From a virus (Duplodnaviria; Heunggongvirae; Uroviricota; Caudoviricetes), in the IMG/VR virus record IMGVR_UViG_3300021963_000033: a stretch of DNA of 64,000 nt; one strand, given 5' to 3'. The position numbers and the translations under genes were made by a program. Positions 55,024 to 63,624 of this stretch are shown piece after piece. How positions within the stretch are numbered: the first letter of the stretch is position 1; each line of letters starts with the position of its first letter. The notes beneath the pieces were generated by a model. The model did not search any database, was not told the origin of the DNA, and saw only the letters and a list, made by a program, of their open reading frames with translations.

Positions 55024-56452
55024 TACATGGTCCAGTCGTGCATGTTATTTCCATTTTCGCAGAGTCGGCAGCAGTCAAGTTGTTTTGTATAACAGTCACA
55101 CCAATTCCAGGACTATTTAGTAAAAGTTGAAATTGCTTCATAGAAGAACCTAATTGAGTAACCGATGCCGTTACTCCACCAAACGGTGCGCTGATATCTA
55201 GAAAATGGTTAGCAGTTCCCTGCTGTAAGGTACTGATATTATTAGCATTTCCTAAAGCATTGATAAACAACGATTTTCCTCCAGCATCTTTTTGTTGTGC
55301 CGAGATTTGATTACCAAGACCATTAGTGATAATCTCGGCGTATTTGCTACCTTGTTGTTGCGTCAATGAGACTACGTTGTTATTACCAGTAACGGAAACT
55401 TCTGCCAAGTTCTTACCAATTGGAGTTGTCGCTGTCCCTTGATTGATGGTGATACTATTGCTGTTACCATTAATCGTCATTGCTTGTGCGCCATTCACAC
55501 CACGGATTTGGTTCTGCTTAGAGAACTGTTCGATGTAAACAGAATTACTAGAACCAGTTACATTGATGTAGATAGAGTTTTGTGTAATCGCATTTGTTTG
55601 ATTAATCTTCAGCGATTGATTAGCACTAATTGTTGCCAATGGATACGTTGGAGTAGGCGGCGCTGGAGGAGGCGGTGGTGGAGCAGAAGAACCAGCATTA
55701 GGAGCAACAGGCGTAAAGGTTGCACCATTAAGCGACGTTGTTCCTTGCATCTGATCAATAAAAAGAATTGGCGACAATGCAGTATCACCAAGATTGAACG
55801 AGGCAAATCCTAGAAGATAGTTACCATCAGCAGGAACTGTGAAGACTGCGACTTGCCAACCTGTAGCACCATAAGATCCAACAGAATAATTTCCAGTTCC
55901 TTGATTGGTGAATCCTAGAAGCGCGAAGTTTTGAGTTTGTCCGTTGATTGTCGGAGTACCATTACCACCAGTGACAGTAATCATCGAACCATCATTATAC
56001 GGAACATAGTCCGTAGAAACATATTGCCATGCATACGTGTATGTAGTGCCTGCTTGGAGGAATACCGTTCTACTAATCGACGTAGCATTAGTTGGATACA
56101 TGTTGCCGTTAGAATAGATTGTATTTCTAATTGATGTAATCGTGGATCCTGTCAACCCCAAAGTCGACATGGCACTATCAAACCCAGGAGAACCACCACC
56201 TGCTTGTAATGCAACCATGTAAGAACCATATGGTGTAACAGTCCAGCACTTACCGCCACCTGGACAATAGTTAGTCATACCAGTTGTTACTTGAACGCCA
56301 GAACCACTATCGCTCCACGAAGTTCTTGCTGTAGTTGAACCGTTGCTTACTGTCCATCCTGCGTAGTTCCCGTTTTCGAAACCGTAGTTTGTGACTTGCG
56401 CAAACGCTGGTATTGTAAAGAATAGTAAGAATAGAGCGATTAGTTTTTTCAT
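54998..56452 (-). CDS. secreted protein: jelly-roll/lectin-like domain, Pro linker and curlin-like repeats
   Basis: Signal peptide MKKLIALFLLFFTIPAFA, PPPPPPAPP linker, C-terminal repeats with periodic Q and N. Confidence 0.6.
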   Translation of the reverse strand: MKKLIALFLLFFTIPAFAQVTNYGFENGNYAGWTVSNGSTTARTSWSDSGSGVQVTTGMTNYCPGGGKCWTVTPYGSYMVALQAGGGSPGFDSAMSTLGLTGSTITSIRNTIYSNGNMYPTNATSISRTVFLQAGTTYTYAWQYVSTDYVPYNDGSMITVTGGNGTPTINGQTQNFALLGFTNQGTGNYSVGSYGATGWQVAVFTVPADGNYLLGFASFNLGDTALSPILFIDQMQGTTSLNGATFTPVAPNAGSSAPPPPPPAPPTPTYPLATISANQSLKINQTNAITQNSIYINVTGSSNSVYIEQFSKQNQIRGVNGAQAMTINGNSNSITINQGTATTPIGKNLAEVSVTGNNNVVSLTQQQGSKYAEIITNGLGNQISAQQKDAGGKSLFINALGNANNISTLQQGTANHFLDISAPFGGVTASVTQLGSSMKQFQLLLNSPGIGVTVIQNNLTAADSAKMEITCTTGPCNGYSYTKN

Positions 56453-57594
56453 CTTGCACCTGTTTCTTGCATCACAGTGATATTGCCCTGTGGTCTACCA
56501 GTTCCCGATGTTGTCCACTTATCGTCCACAAAGTTGTAAAAATCTATCAGACCATTTTGAACCGATACAACTTGTGCTTCGTTACCTTTCTCCAACCAGA
56601 TAGTAACTGCCTGTTGCCTATCTTCTGACAGTCGAGTATATACCCAACCTACCTGAACGTTCTTCTTGAATGTCGGTGACACATTAGTATAGACTGTTTC
56701 TGCTGGTTTACCGCCTTCGTTAAATTCAGCGAAAACGTCTAGTAGTTCTTGAGGTGTTGCTTGACGAAGCATGGTAACCGTAACTTGTTCCGTGCTATCA
56801 TCGGTGCCTGCATCTGGATCCTTATTGTCATCCGATGCTGCTTTTGCGGGATTCGTAAATTTCTTTAAACTATCTCTAGCAAGTTGTAAGAGACTTTGAC
56901 CATCATCTGTTTCCAAAGGAACAATTTGAACGTTGTTATCTAATGTCTTAACCAAAGGATTGATCACAACAGGAGGAGCAGGAGGGGCAAAGTTGTTTTC
57001 CACAACTGTTGCTTGGAATGGTTGGTTTAAAGTAACTACACCAGATGCAGTGATAACATCAATTACACCATTAGGGCATTCGGCAGTTTGTTTTGTGATG
57101 TCTAATTCGTTATAGCATTCGGGAACCAGTACGACCGTAGAACGACCTGCCTCATCAACCGACATAACGAAGTCTGTGCCACGAACTGCGATAGTAGCAG
57201 TTGGTGTGCGAATGTTTACGCCTCGTGGGTTTGTTTTTGCGACTTTACCTGATGCGTATCTGACGGTACCAAGCGCGACCCGAAGTCCAAGTTTGCCCTT
57301 CGTCTTCCCTCCCCCATCATACACAAAGTCATCCACAAGAAGGCGAGAGTTTTCTGTAATATTGACCGTAGTTGCATCATTGAATGTAATCCTAAATCTA
57401 CCTTGGGAGTTGGTAGAAACTGTATCCATCTTTTCTACGCCAGCACCTTTAGATGCTACTGTAGTTTTGGCGCCACGCTTAATAGCACCACCTCCTCTGA
57501 AATCTGTTATCGACCCAATACCAGCAAAGGCAGGAGTCGATAACAGAAAAATCAGTAGAAGTTTAGTGACCCGATTTAATGTTAAAGACGCCAT
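56449..57594 (-). CDS. FecR-domain periplasmic protein
   Basis: Signal-like N-terminus, then RITFNDATTVNITENSRL.VDDFVYD, G.VRY.SG and TPTATIAVRGTDF. Confidence 0.85.
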   Translation of the reverse strand: MASLTLNRVTKLLLIFLLSTPAFAGIGSITDFRGGGAIKRGAKTTVASKGAGVEKMDTVSTNSQGRFRITFNDATTVNITENSRLLVDDFVYDGGGKTKGKLGLRVALGTVRYASGKVAKTNPRGVNIRTPTATIAVRGTDFVMSVDEAGRSTVVLVPECYNELDITKQTAECPNGVIDVITASGVVTLNQPFQATVVENNFAPPAPPVVINPLVKTLDNNVQIVPLETDDGQSLLQLARDSLKKFTNPAKAASDDNKDPDAGTDDSTEQVTVTMLRQATPQELLDVFAEFNEGGKPAETVYTNVSPTFKKNVQVGWVYTRLSEDRQQAVTIWLEKGNEAQVVSVQNGLIDFYNFVDDKWTTSGTGRPQGNITVMQETGAR

Positions 57595-58336
57595 TTGATC
57601 CCACACTATTAATATTGATAACAGTTTCAGATGCACCATACTGTTGTGTTGTTACAGTGTTTAGCGAACCTGTCAGGTTTACATATAGTGAGTGACCGAA
57701 TGTTCCACCGAGGTCGGTTTGTGTAATATCAAAGTCATTATAGTTGCCTGTCACCAGAATAGTTTGTGACGCATTTGGTGATAGTGCATCCATGTTTACT
57801 GTGTTATTATTACCGTTGAACTCCATCGAGTTACGGATGTTAGCGCCCGAACCACGGAAAACGAACGAGTTGTTATTGCCAGTAAACTTGGCATTCATGT
57901 CAAGTTGATTGCACGAGGAGTCAGTAACTTCAGTTCCGCAACGGATAGTAGCAGTATTCAGATCGCCGAGTTGACGAATTGTTACATTGGCAATTCCCTG
58001 CGCTCCTGTATCGGATACAACACCCATGTAAAGTTGGTTTCCATTACCTGTTTGTATTGCGATAATGCTTTGGTTATCACCACGCAGGTAAATGGGATCA
58101 ATAGCAGAACCGATGACGTTAGCAGTACCAGTTTGAACGATGTTAACATCTACGTTACCCCCTTCTTGATCGATATATACCTTATTTGTTGTTGCAACAG
58201 TATTCGCTTCTGTTTCGTTTGGCGAAGTTGTTACGATTGCTGGAGGAGTTGGTGCTGTTGGCAGCACAGTTTGTGCAATCACAGATGTTCCATAACAAAG
58301 AGCAGCGCCAACTAATAAAAACTTACTTAGTTTCAT
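57563..58336 (-). CDS. secreted curlin-like repeat protein (CsgA/CsgB-like)
   Basis: Signal peptide MKLSKFLLVGAALCYGTSVIA, repeats of the type IxQxGxxN (IVQTGTAN, AIQTGNGN, IRQLGDLN). Confidence 0.65.
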   Translation of the reverse strand: MKLSKFLLVGAALCYGTSVIAQTVLPTAPTPPAIVTTSPNETEANTVATTNKVYIDQEGGNVDVNIVQTGTANVIGSAIDPIYLRGDNQSIIAIQTGNGNQLYMGVVSDTGAQGIANVTIRQLGDLNTATIRCGTEVTDSSCNQLDMNAKFTGNNNSFVFRGSGANIRNSMEFNGNNNTVNMDALSPNASQTILVTGNYNDFDITQTDLGGTFGHSLYVNLTGSLNTVTTQQYGASETVININSVGSNGVFNIKSGH

Positions 58337-59147
58337 TTGTCGTTTCCTTTTGTTTGAATCTCCATAGATTCTTTGTTTCACCATCCTTGATCAACTCAAC
58401 AACGGCCGTTTCTATGGCAGAACGGATCGCATAACTACCTGCTTCATTACTTGTTTGTTGTCCATCAAATTCAAACGCTTTAGTCGCCATGTCGAAGAAT
58501 GTGAAAGCAGTTACCCCCTCGGAAGTAGAGAGAACAGTTTTCTCTACAGTAACCGAATTGAGAACTTCGCCGGTCTGGACAGAAACTAGACGAAGACTAA
58601 CTGTAACTTGGTCTTGTGTGTATTGTTGGTATGGACCGACGCCAAGGAATCTAGCACCAGTACCGCCAGTTTTAATGTTCGAGTTATAATCAATGATACC
58701 ACCTTCTATGATGATACCTGCAACTTTTAGCGGTGGAAGAGGTTCAGCACCTTCTCCCGAAATCTGTTCACGCATCTGACGAACAAGTTGACGTTCTTTG
58801 ATCAGGGAATCAATACCGACACGTTCAACAGGAATAAACCACTTACCATTACCTGTATCCTGTAAAGTCTTAATCAGATACGCATCTGCACCCTGGGTTA
58901 CCGCAGTCGAGAAACTTGCAAGAGTTGAAGATGGTTTACGTTGACCAGTTCTATCAGTAAATGAATACAGAGCGATAGGAATTGGTTGTCCGTCTAACTC
59001 AGGAAGATTCTTGAATAGTTTTGGATTAGCAAAACGCTTGACTTCTGCGTCATCTCTGAACAGATATGATTGGTTAGCAGTAGGATGAAGCGCGCCGACA
59101 CAACCTGAAGTTGCAAGTAAAAGCGGAAGGAGAATTAATTTTTTCAT
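58323..59147 (-). CDS. csgG: curli secretion channel CsgG-like lipoprotein
   Basis: Lipobox LATSGC, YSFTDRTGQRKP, AVTQG, WF..VER...D.L.KERQL.RQMR, EGGII.Y.SN..TGG.GARFLG.G. Confidence 0.92.
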   Translation of the reverse strand: MKKLILLPLLLATSGCVGALHPTANQSYLFRDDAEVKRFANPKLFKNLPELDGQPIPIALYSFTDRTGQRKPSSTLASFSTAVTQGADAYLIKTLQDTGNGKWFIPVERVGIDSLIKERQLVRQMREQISGEGAEPLPPLKVAGIIIEGGIIDYNSNIKTGGTGARFLGVGPYQQYTQDQVTVSLRLVSVQTGEVLNSVTVEKTVLSTSEGVTAFTFFDMATKAFEFDGQQTSNEAGSYAIRSAIETAVVELIKDGETKNLWRFKQKETTNETK

Positions 59148-59156
59148 AACGTCTCC

Positions 59157-59606
59157 TTAGAATGCAAACGTGGCAATAGGAACGACAACAACCGTAGTAT
59201 TGCCATTCTTATCAACTACTGTTAATGTAACTTCTGTTCCGGTCTTGACGTAACTTACAGAATTACCATCAAGATTAAATGTTCCAGAGGTTGCTGTTCC
59301 ACCTTCCGCGAACAGATTATTCGAAAGTTGTGTAGCAAGTTGGGCATAAACCTGTGAGGTAAACAATGCCATAAATTTAGCAAGAGGAGTATTTGCTGCC
59401 TCTGCTCTCACTAGTGCTGCTCTCGCTGCTTCTGCATCTTTAATTGCTTGTTCGCGTGAACGCTCTTGCGAGTCGATTGACTGCACATGCGAAGACCACC
59501 CATAACCAGTAAAGGAAGGCGATTTAAACTGTTGAACAATCGGGTCTGCAAATGCAGGGCTACTTAGACTTAGTAGCGCCAGGAGCATCGTCGCTCGTTT
59601 TAGCAT
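59157..59606 (-). CDS. csgF: curli assembly protein CsgF-like
   Basis: Signal peptide, then IVQQFKSPSF.G, SQVYAQLA.QL..NLF and G.F.L.G. Confidence 0.8.
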   Translation of the reverse strand: MLKRATMLLALLSLSSPAFADPIVQQFKSPSFTGYGWSSHVQSIDSQERSREQAIKDAEAARAALVRAEAANTPLAKFMALFTSQVYAQLATQLSNNLFAEGGTATSGTFNLDGNSVSYVKTGTEVTLTVVDKNGNTTVVVVPIATFAF

Positions 59607-59697
59607 CTTTCTCTTCCTTTTTGTTTTTGTTGTCAGAAGAAAAATTTAAATCAAATGTAAATACTTTGAGGATCTCAATCTTTAGGTTTAATGTCAT
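59560..59697 (-). CDS. possible small overlapping ORF (45 aa)
   Basis: MTLNLKIEILKVFTFDLNFSSDNKNKKEEKDAK... overlaps both neighbours. Confidence 0.3.
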   Translation of the reverse strand: MTLNLKIEILKVFTFDLNFSSDNKNKKEEKDAKTSDDAPGATKSK

Positions 59698-59941
59698 TGC
59701 TATGATCCTCTTTGATTTGTAATACTACACTCACCTTCTGGTTTAATCTAATTAAATCGTTGTCAAGCATACGAACACGATCGATTAGCGCGATTAAAAT
59801 TACATTAGTTTCACCGATAAGCGGCATTAGTTTATCGGTAACAAATTTATAAATGAACCAAACAAAATAACCCATACCGACAGCAGCGACAATCGGAAAT
59901 CCGTACTGTTTCACAAGTTCTGCAATCAGTTGCGGATCCAT
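59675..59941 (-). CDS. small single-TM protein (holin-like), paralogue 2
   Basis: QYGFPIVAAVGMGYFVWFIY TM segment, then LIDRVRMLDNDLIR. Confidence 0.6.
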   Translation of the reverse strand: MDPQLIAELVKQYGFPIVAAVGMGYFVWFIYKFVTDKLMPLIGETNVILIALIDRVRMLDNDLIRLNQKVSVVLQIKEDHSNDIKPKD

Positions 59942-60228
59942 TAGTCTTTCCTTGCGTCGTTCTTCCCGTCTGCTCGTGCTATTCTATCTAAGTCAGGTCT
60001 AAGACCCAATGCGGAACTAACAACTGCATCAACGCGAATAATATCATGATTCATAGTTCTCACTCGGTTATCTAACCCCATGATAATACCCTGCATTCCT
60101 TTGATTGCCTTGACGACGCTCTCGAGAATGTAGTTGATAACGAAATACACAAAAACCCCACCGAGCAACGCTGCTGCGATAGGGAATCCTACATCACCAA
60201 TAAGTTTAAAAATTACATCGTAACCCAT
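59941..60228 (-). CDS. small single-TM protein (holin-like), paralogue 1
   Basis: DVGFPIAAALLGGVFVYFVI TM segment, then LDNRVRTMNHDIIR. Confidence 0.6.
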   Translation of the reverse strand: MGYDVIFKLIGDVGFPIAAALLGGVFVYFVINYILESVVKAIKGMQGIIMGLDNRVRTMNHDIIRVDAVVSSALGLRPDLDRIARADGKNDARKD

Positions 60229-60233
60229 GCAAC

Positions 60234-60241
60234 TATTTATA
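60234..60241 (-). promoter_or_regulatory. late promoter TATAAATA
   Basis: Exact consensus 5 nt upstream of the ATG at 60228, heading the curli/cyclase operon. Confidence 0.75.
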
Positions 60242-60260
60242 AGAAGTTGCTATAATTCTG

Positions 60261-61379
60261 TTAACGAATTATTTCTATGCTGTTAATACTGTTTGCATTC
60301 CAAATTTCAAGATTATTTCGCAATCTTCCGTCTGACTTTAGATTTTCGTATCTTGAAGACGCTTTTTTCTTCCACCAGCGAATAATATTCTCAGAATAAT
60401 GCTTGTCAAAGTTTTCTTTGCTCTTGATCAACGTTTTATCGGTTCCGAGAATGTAATTTTTTGAATTTTCGTACCCATAAGTCGAAATATAAAATCTTTT
60501 TTGGGTTGTAACGTCTTTGTTCGCTTGAATTGCGTTAGAAAATGCCAAAAGTTCGCTAGAATTATGAAATTTTAGCGAATTTTTGATAATTGATGTCATT
60601 TTATTCTGCATTTTCATTTTATACGACGCAATTCCTTCCCTGGTGAACAAAGGTTCGCCATTATTCTTGCTTGCAAACCAACTCATGGTCTCCACCCAGA
60701 AATCGTCAGAAAAAGAAAGGAGAAAATTGCTTACAGTATCGCCTGTGTATCGAATAAACGGTTTTAGACCATCATATTGCGATGCTTGCTTAATGTTTCC
60801 GTATAATGATGTCGTTTCAAAGAGACAAGTTTCCATGTCATACTTCTTGTCGAACATTTCACGAAATTCATGAGATGCACACAGAAGTGATAGTAGTTTA
60901 CCGCCGAGATAATTGAATCCGAATGGTTGTGCAGGAACAATGATGAATCCCATAACCGCATGTTTGTTGAATGACCGAAGATCCGGAACTTGTCCGAACC
61001 AATCATTCCTCGGTTTGGAATTAATCAGAGGACTCGCGACTCTGCAGAAACCAACATACTTACCACTGTTCTTTTCGCGAACGATAAATTTAATTTCTTT
61101 GCCGAATGAGTTCTCGTTGCAAAAGGATGAAGTAATTTCAACCATTGTGGAGAACTCGTGCGGAGAAGTTTCGAAGATCTCGAATTCCATGTCTTCCGGA
61201 TGCATGCTGAAATCAGAGAATAACATGTTCTCTGGTTCATATCCTGGAAGTGTAAGAGGAAGATTATTTACGCGATCGAGTTTTTTCATACGCATGTGGT
61301 CGTCGATCCGATCATAATTTGACATATAATCAATAAATCGACGACCAATATACTCTGCGTCTGTTTTTTCTAGGATCAT
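60261..61379 (-). CDS. DUF4338/DruA-like (GNAT-related) putative DNA-modification protein
   Basis: GKYVGF.RV.SP.IN.KPRNDW.G, GFIIVP.QPFGFNYLGGKLL.LLC.S, ETTSLYG...SQYDG. Confidence 0.7.
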   Translation of the reverse strand: MILEKTDAEYIGRRFIDYMSNYDRIDDHMRMKKLDRVNNLPLTLPGYEPENMLFSDFSMHPEDMEFEIFETSPHEFSTMVEITSSFCNENSFGKEIKFIVREKNSGKYVGFCRVASPLINSKPRNDWFGQVPDLRSFNKHAVMGFIIVPAQPFGFNYLGGKLLSLLCASHEFREMFDKKYDMETCLFETTSLYGNIKQASQYDGLKPFIRYTGDTVSNFLLSFSDDFWVETMSWFASKNNGEPLFTREGIASYKMKMQNKMTSIIKNSLKFHNSSELLAFSNAIQANKDVTTQKRFYISTYGYENSKNYILGTDKTLIKSKENFDKHYSENIIRWWKKKASSRYENLKSDGRLRNNLEIWNANSINSIEIIR

Positions 61380-61385
61380 TATATA

Positions 61386-62195
61386 CTAAAACAGATCCGC
61401 GAGAGAAGATTCTACTTTACGATACTTCTTGTTGCGGTCATGCAGTTTCAATTCAGCATGTCCAGTAGTTTCGCGGATATACATCGTGCAAAGATCGGGG
61501 AACTCGTCCGCAATAATCTTCACGCTGTCATACACATATTCCTTGGTGCGAATATCTTGAAGACCGCCTTCTTCCTTGTAATACCGCGACTTGACCGTGT
61601 AGTTGTCAAGACGAGCAAGAACACCATTCTTGATGTACTGGCGAATAGAATATTCGTAATCTTCGCCGTGGTTAGTTACTCGAGCGAGAAAATCATCATG
61701 TTCAACAATCACACCAAACATCGAGGCAATGATATAGCAAATGTCATTGTATACTCGATCTTTCATAAAGAATGCATTCGATGCTGCGTAGATACCAAAG
61801 GTCTTGGCACCTACCTTCTCGCATTCCTCAAATCCACGAATAAAGATTTCTCGCTCGAGATCTTCAACACGACCCAACTTCTGTTCGCTGATTTTGACTT
61901 GAACTTCTTCAATGTCATCATCGAACATCATTAGTCGTGTACCTTCCGGATACCAACGCTCAATGAAGTTACGTTGCTTACCGATAGTTGGAACACCGCG
62001 AATAATCTGAATATCCTTTGCATAAGGATTTTCCTTTAACGCATTAGCATATCGGTCATATTCACCTTCATCCTGATCATTAACAAAGATCGTGATTTTA
62101 GCAGGATCGATGTTGTATGATTCAAGAACTTTCAACGTCTTATTCTGAATGGTATGTTCGCGGTGATAAGACGGAATAGCAATACTATATTCCAT
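61386..62195 (-). CDS. TET-associated (GREB1-C-like, GT2-related) glycosyltransferase
   Basis: IAIPSY.R, R.F....YP.G..LMMFDDDI, EDYEYSI..Y...G...R, GGLQ. Directly follows the TET/JBP gene. Confidence 0.8.
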   Translation of the reverse strand: MEYSIAIPSYHREHTIQNKTLKVLESYNIDPAKITIFVNDQDEGEYDRYANALKENPYAKDIQIIRGVPTIGKQRNFIERWYPEGTRLMMFDDDIEEVQVKISEQKLGRVEDLEREIFIRGFEECEKVGAKTFGIYAASNAFFMKDRVYNDICYIIASMFGVIVEHDDFLARVTNHGEDYEYSIRQYIKNGVLARLDNYTVKSRYYKEEGGLQDIRTKEYVYDSVKIIADEFPDLCTMYIRETTGHAELKLHDRNKKYRKVESSLADLF

Positions 62196-63532
62196 TAAAA
62201 TAGATCTCCAAGTGTTGATGTTGTTTGATATGCTTTAGGGTGATACTTGGCAACTGTATCTCGACCAAGTTTAGTTTCGAGGTAGTCATACCATTCTTGT
62301 TCGTCCCACATTCCTGGTGATACACCATTCCAGAGTGGACGATAATGATAGTGTTCTTTATTAGTTCTGCGGTCAATGACATATTGCTCGCGAGTCGATT
62401 CATATTCATACGACCCAAGATCTAACATGTTCTCGCGAAGATAACAAACCAACGAAATACGTTCAGCATCTGGACGAGTCAGTTTAATCTCAGTGTTACC
62501 ATGGATAATCTCGTGGTTGCTAACAAGCAACAAGTCACCAGGACGAACATTGACTGCGATACGATACTCAGGGAATACTAGATAACCACCAGTATAGTCA
62601 CCACTACCAACGACCAGAAGATTGCTGAGACCATCAGCAAAGTCACCAGCGTCGCGATGCGCTGCTGTACGGAAGGACTTGTTGACAGTGATGGTGGTGA
62701 ATACGGTATCGGGAACAACGAACTTAGAGTCGATTGTGTCGACTGCTTTCTTTTGGTTCGACCAACGTGCGGGAAGTAGTTCTTTGAAACCACGGTCCAA
62801 AGACTGTAGAAAAGGAAAGGCCAACTTAAACTTATCAAAATTGTCGCGAGTGTAAGTAGTAGCACGACCGAAAGGAATTCTAGGATATCGGTCATACCAC
62901 CCAGCAACGCCTGAGAAAACCGACTTAGCATAGTTGGTTGTTGAAATCCAAGTTTCTGCAATAGTTTTTGCTTCTTTAGCAACATCTTCTTTACTCTTTG
63001 TTTCTAAACTGTCGACCCACTTATCGAACCAACCGAAATATTCTGGATATACTTTACATACCTGACTGCGCAACCAGACAGCGCCTCGTGTCTCGTCAGC
63101 ATTAGATCGTGGTGCACCCGCATGCTTAGCACGAATTCCTTCGATACTAAGTTCGTCAATCAGTCTGCCCTTGTCAGTCATCAAGAAATCTAGAATCTCT
63201 AGTTCGTAGTCAGTTACCCAGTCGCGACCACCGCGACCTTCGACACCAAGAACTTCACCACGTGGGCCTGCTGCCATACCACGATTTTGCGATTCGGTTG
63301 CTGCTTCGCGTAGTCCAAGATATGCTTGGTCTTGTTCTTCTTGCGAGAAGAAGTTCTTACGAAACTTAAACGCAATCCGACGTTCGCTCAACTCTGTATC
63401 TAGCAGAGAATCTGACTCTTTATAACAATCTGTGTCCTCATTGATCACAGTATCAAAATGACTTTCATCAAGATACTGACCAAGAAGATGCTCACAATCA
63501 AGTTTAGATTCTGCTACAATAATTTTAACCAT
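62195..63532 (-). CDS. TET/JBP-family 2OG-Fe(II) dioxygenase
   Basis: VFTTITVNKSFRTAAHRDAGD (HxD), GGYLVFPEYRIAVNVRPGDLL, IHGNT (distal His), RISLVCYLRE (2OG-binding Arg). Confidence 0.85.
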   Translation of the reverse strand: MVKIIVAESKLDCEHLLGQYLDESHFDTVINEDTDCYKESDSLLDTELSERRIAFKFRKNFFSQEEQDQAYLGLREAATESQNRGMAAGPRGEVLGVEGRGGRDWVTDYELEILDFLMTDKGRLIDELSIEGIRAKHAGAPRSNADETRGAVWLRSQVCKVYPEYFGWFDKWVDSLETKSKEDVAKEAKTIAETWISTTNYAKSVFSGVAGWYDRYPRIPFGRATTYTRDNFDKFKLAFPFLQSLDRGFKELLPARWSNQKKAVDTIDSKFVVPDTVFTTITVNKSFRTAAHRDAGDFADGLSNLLVVGSGDYTGGYLVFPEYRIAVNVRPGDLLLVSNHEIIHGNTEIKLTRPDAERISLVCYLRENMLDLGSYEYESTREQYVIDRRTNKEHYHYRPLWNGVSPGMWDEQEWYDYLETKLGRDTVAKYHPKAYQTTSTLGDLF

Positions 63533-63595
63533 ATATTCTCCTATTAAAACCTACCTAGTATATAGACAGGTTTAACAATCACATAATAAAGAACC

Positions 63596-63624
63596 ATTAT
63601 ACTATAAACCACGTGGTTTGTCAA
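63596..63624 (-). promoter_or_regulatory. sigma70-like promoter with a palindrome in the spacer
   Basis: TTGACA-17 bp-TATAAT, with AAACCACGTGGTTT (63606-63619) in the spacer. Confidence 0.7.

Noticed and set aside
60261-61379. Druantia anti-phage defence system
   Set aside because: Only a DruA/DUF4338-like gene is present, with no DruE helicase. Its context next to TET and GT genes favours DNA modification.
528-62985. Numerous short antisense or overlapping ORFs in the track (e.g. 1321..1680, 22955..23404, 48819..49271, 57176..57598, 61440..61934)
   Set aside because: They lie opposite or inside well-supported genes, lack SD and recognisable motifs, and look like shadow frames.
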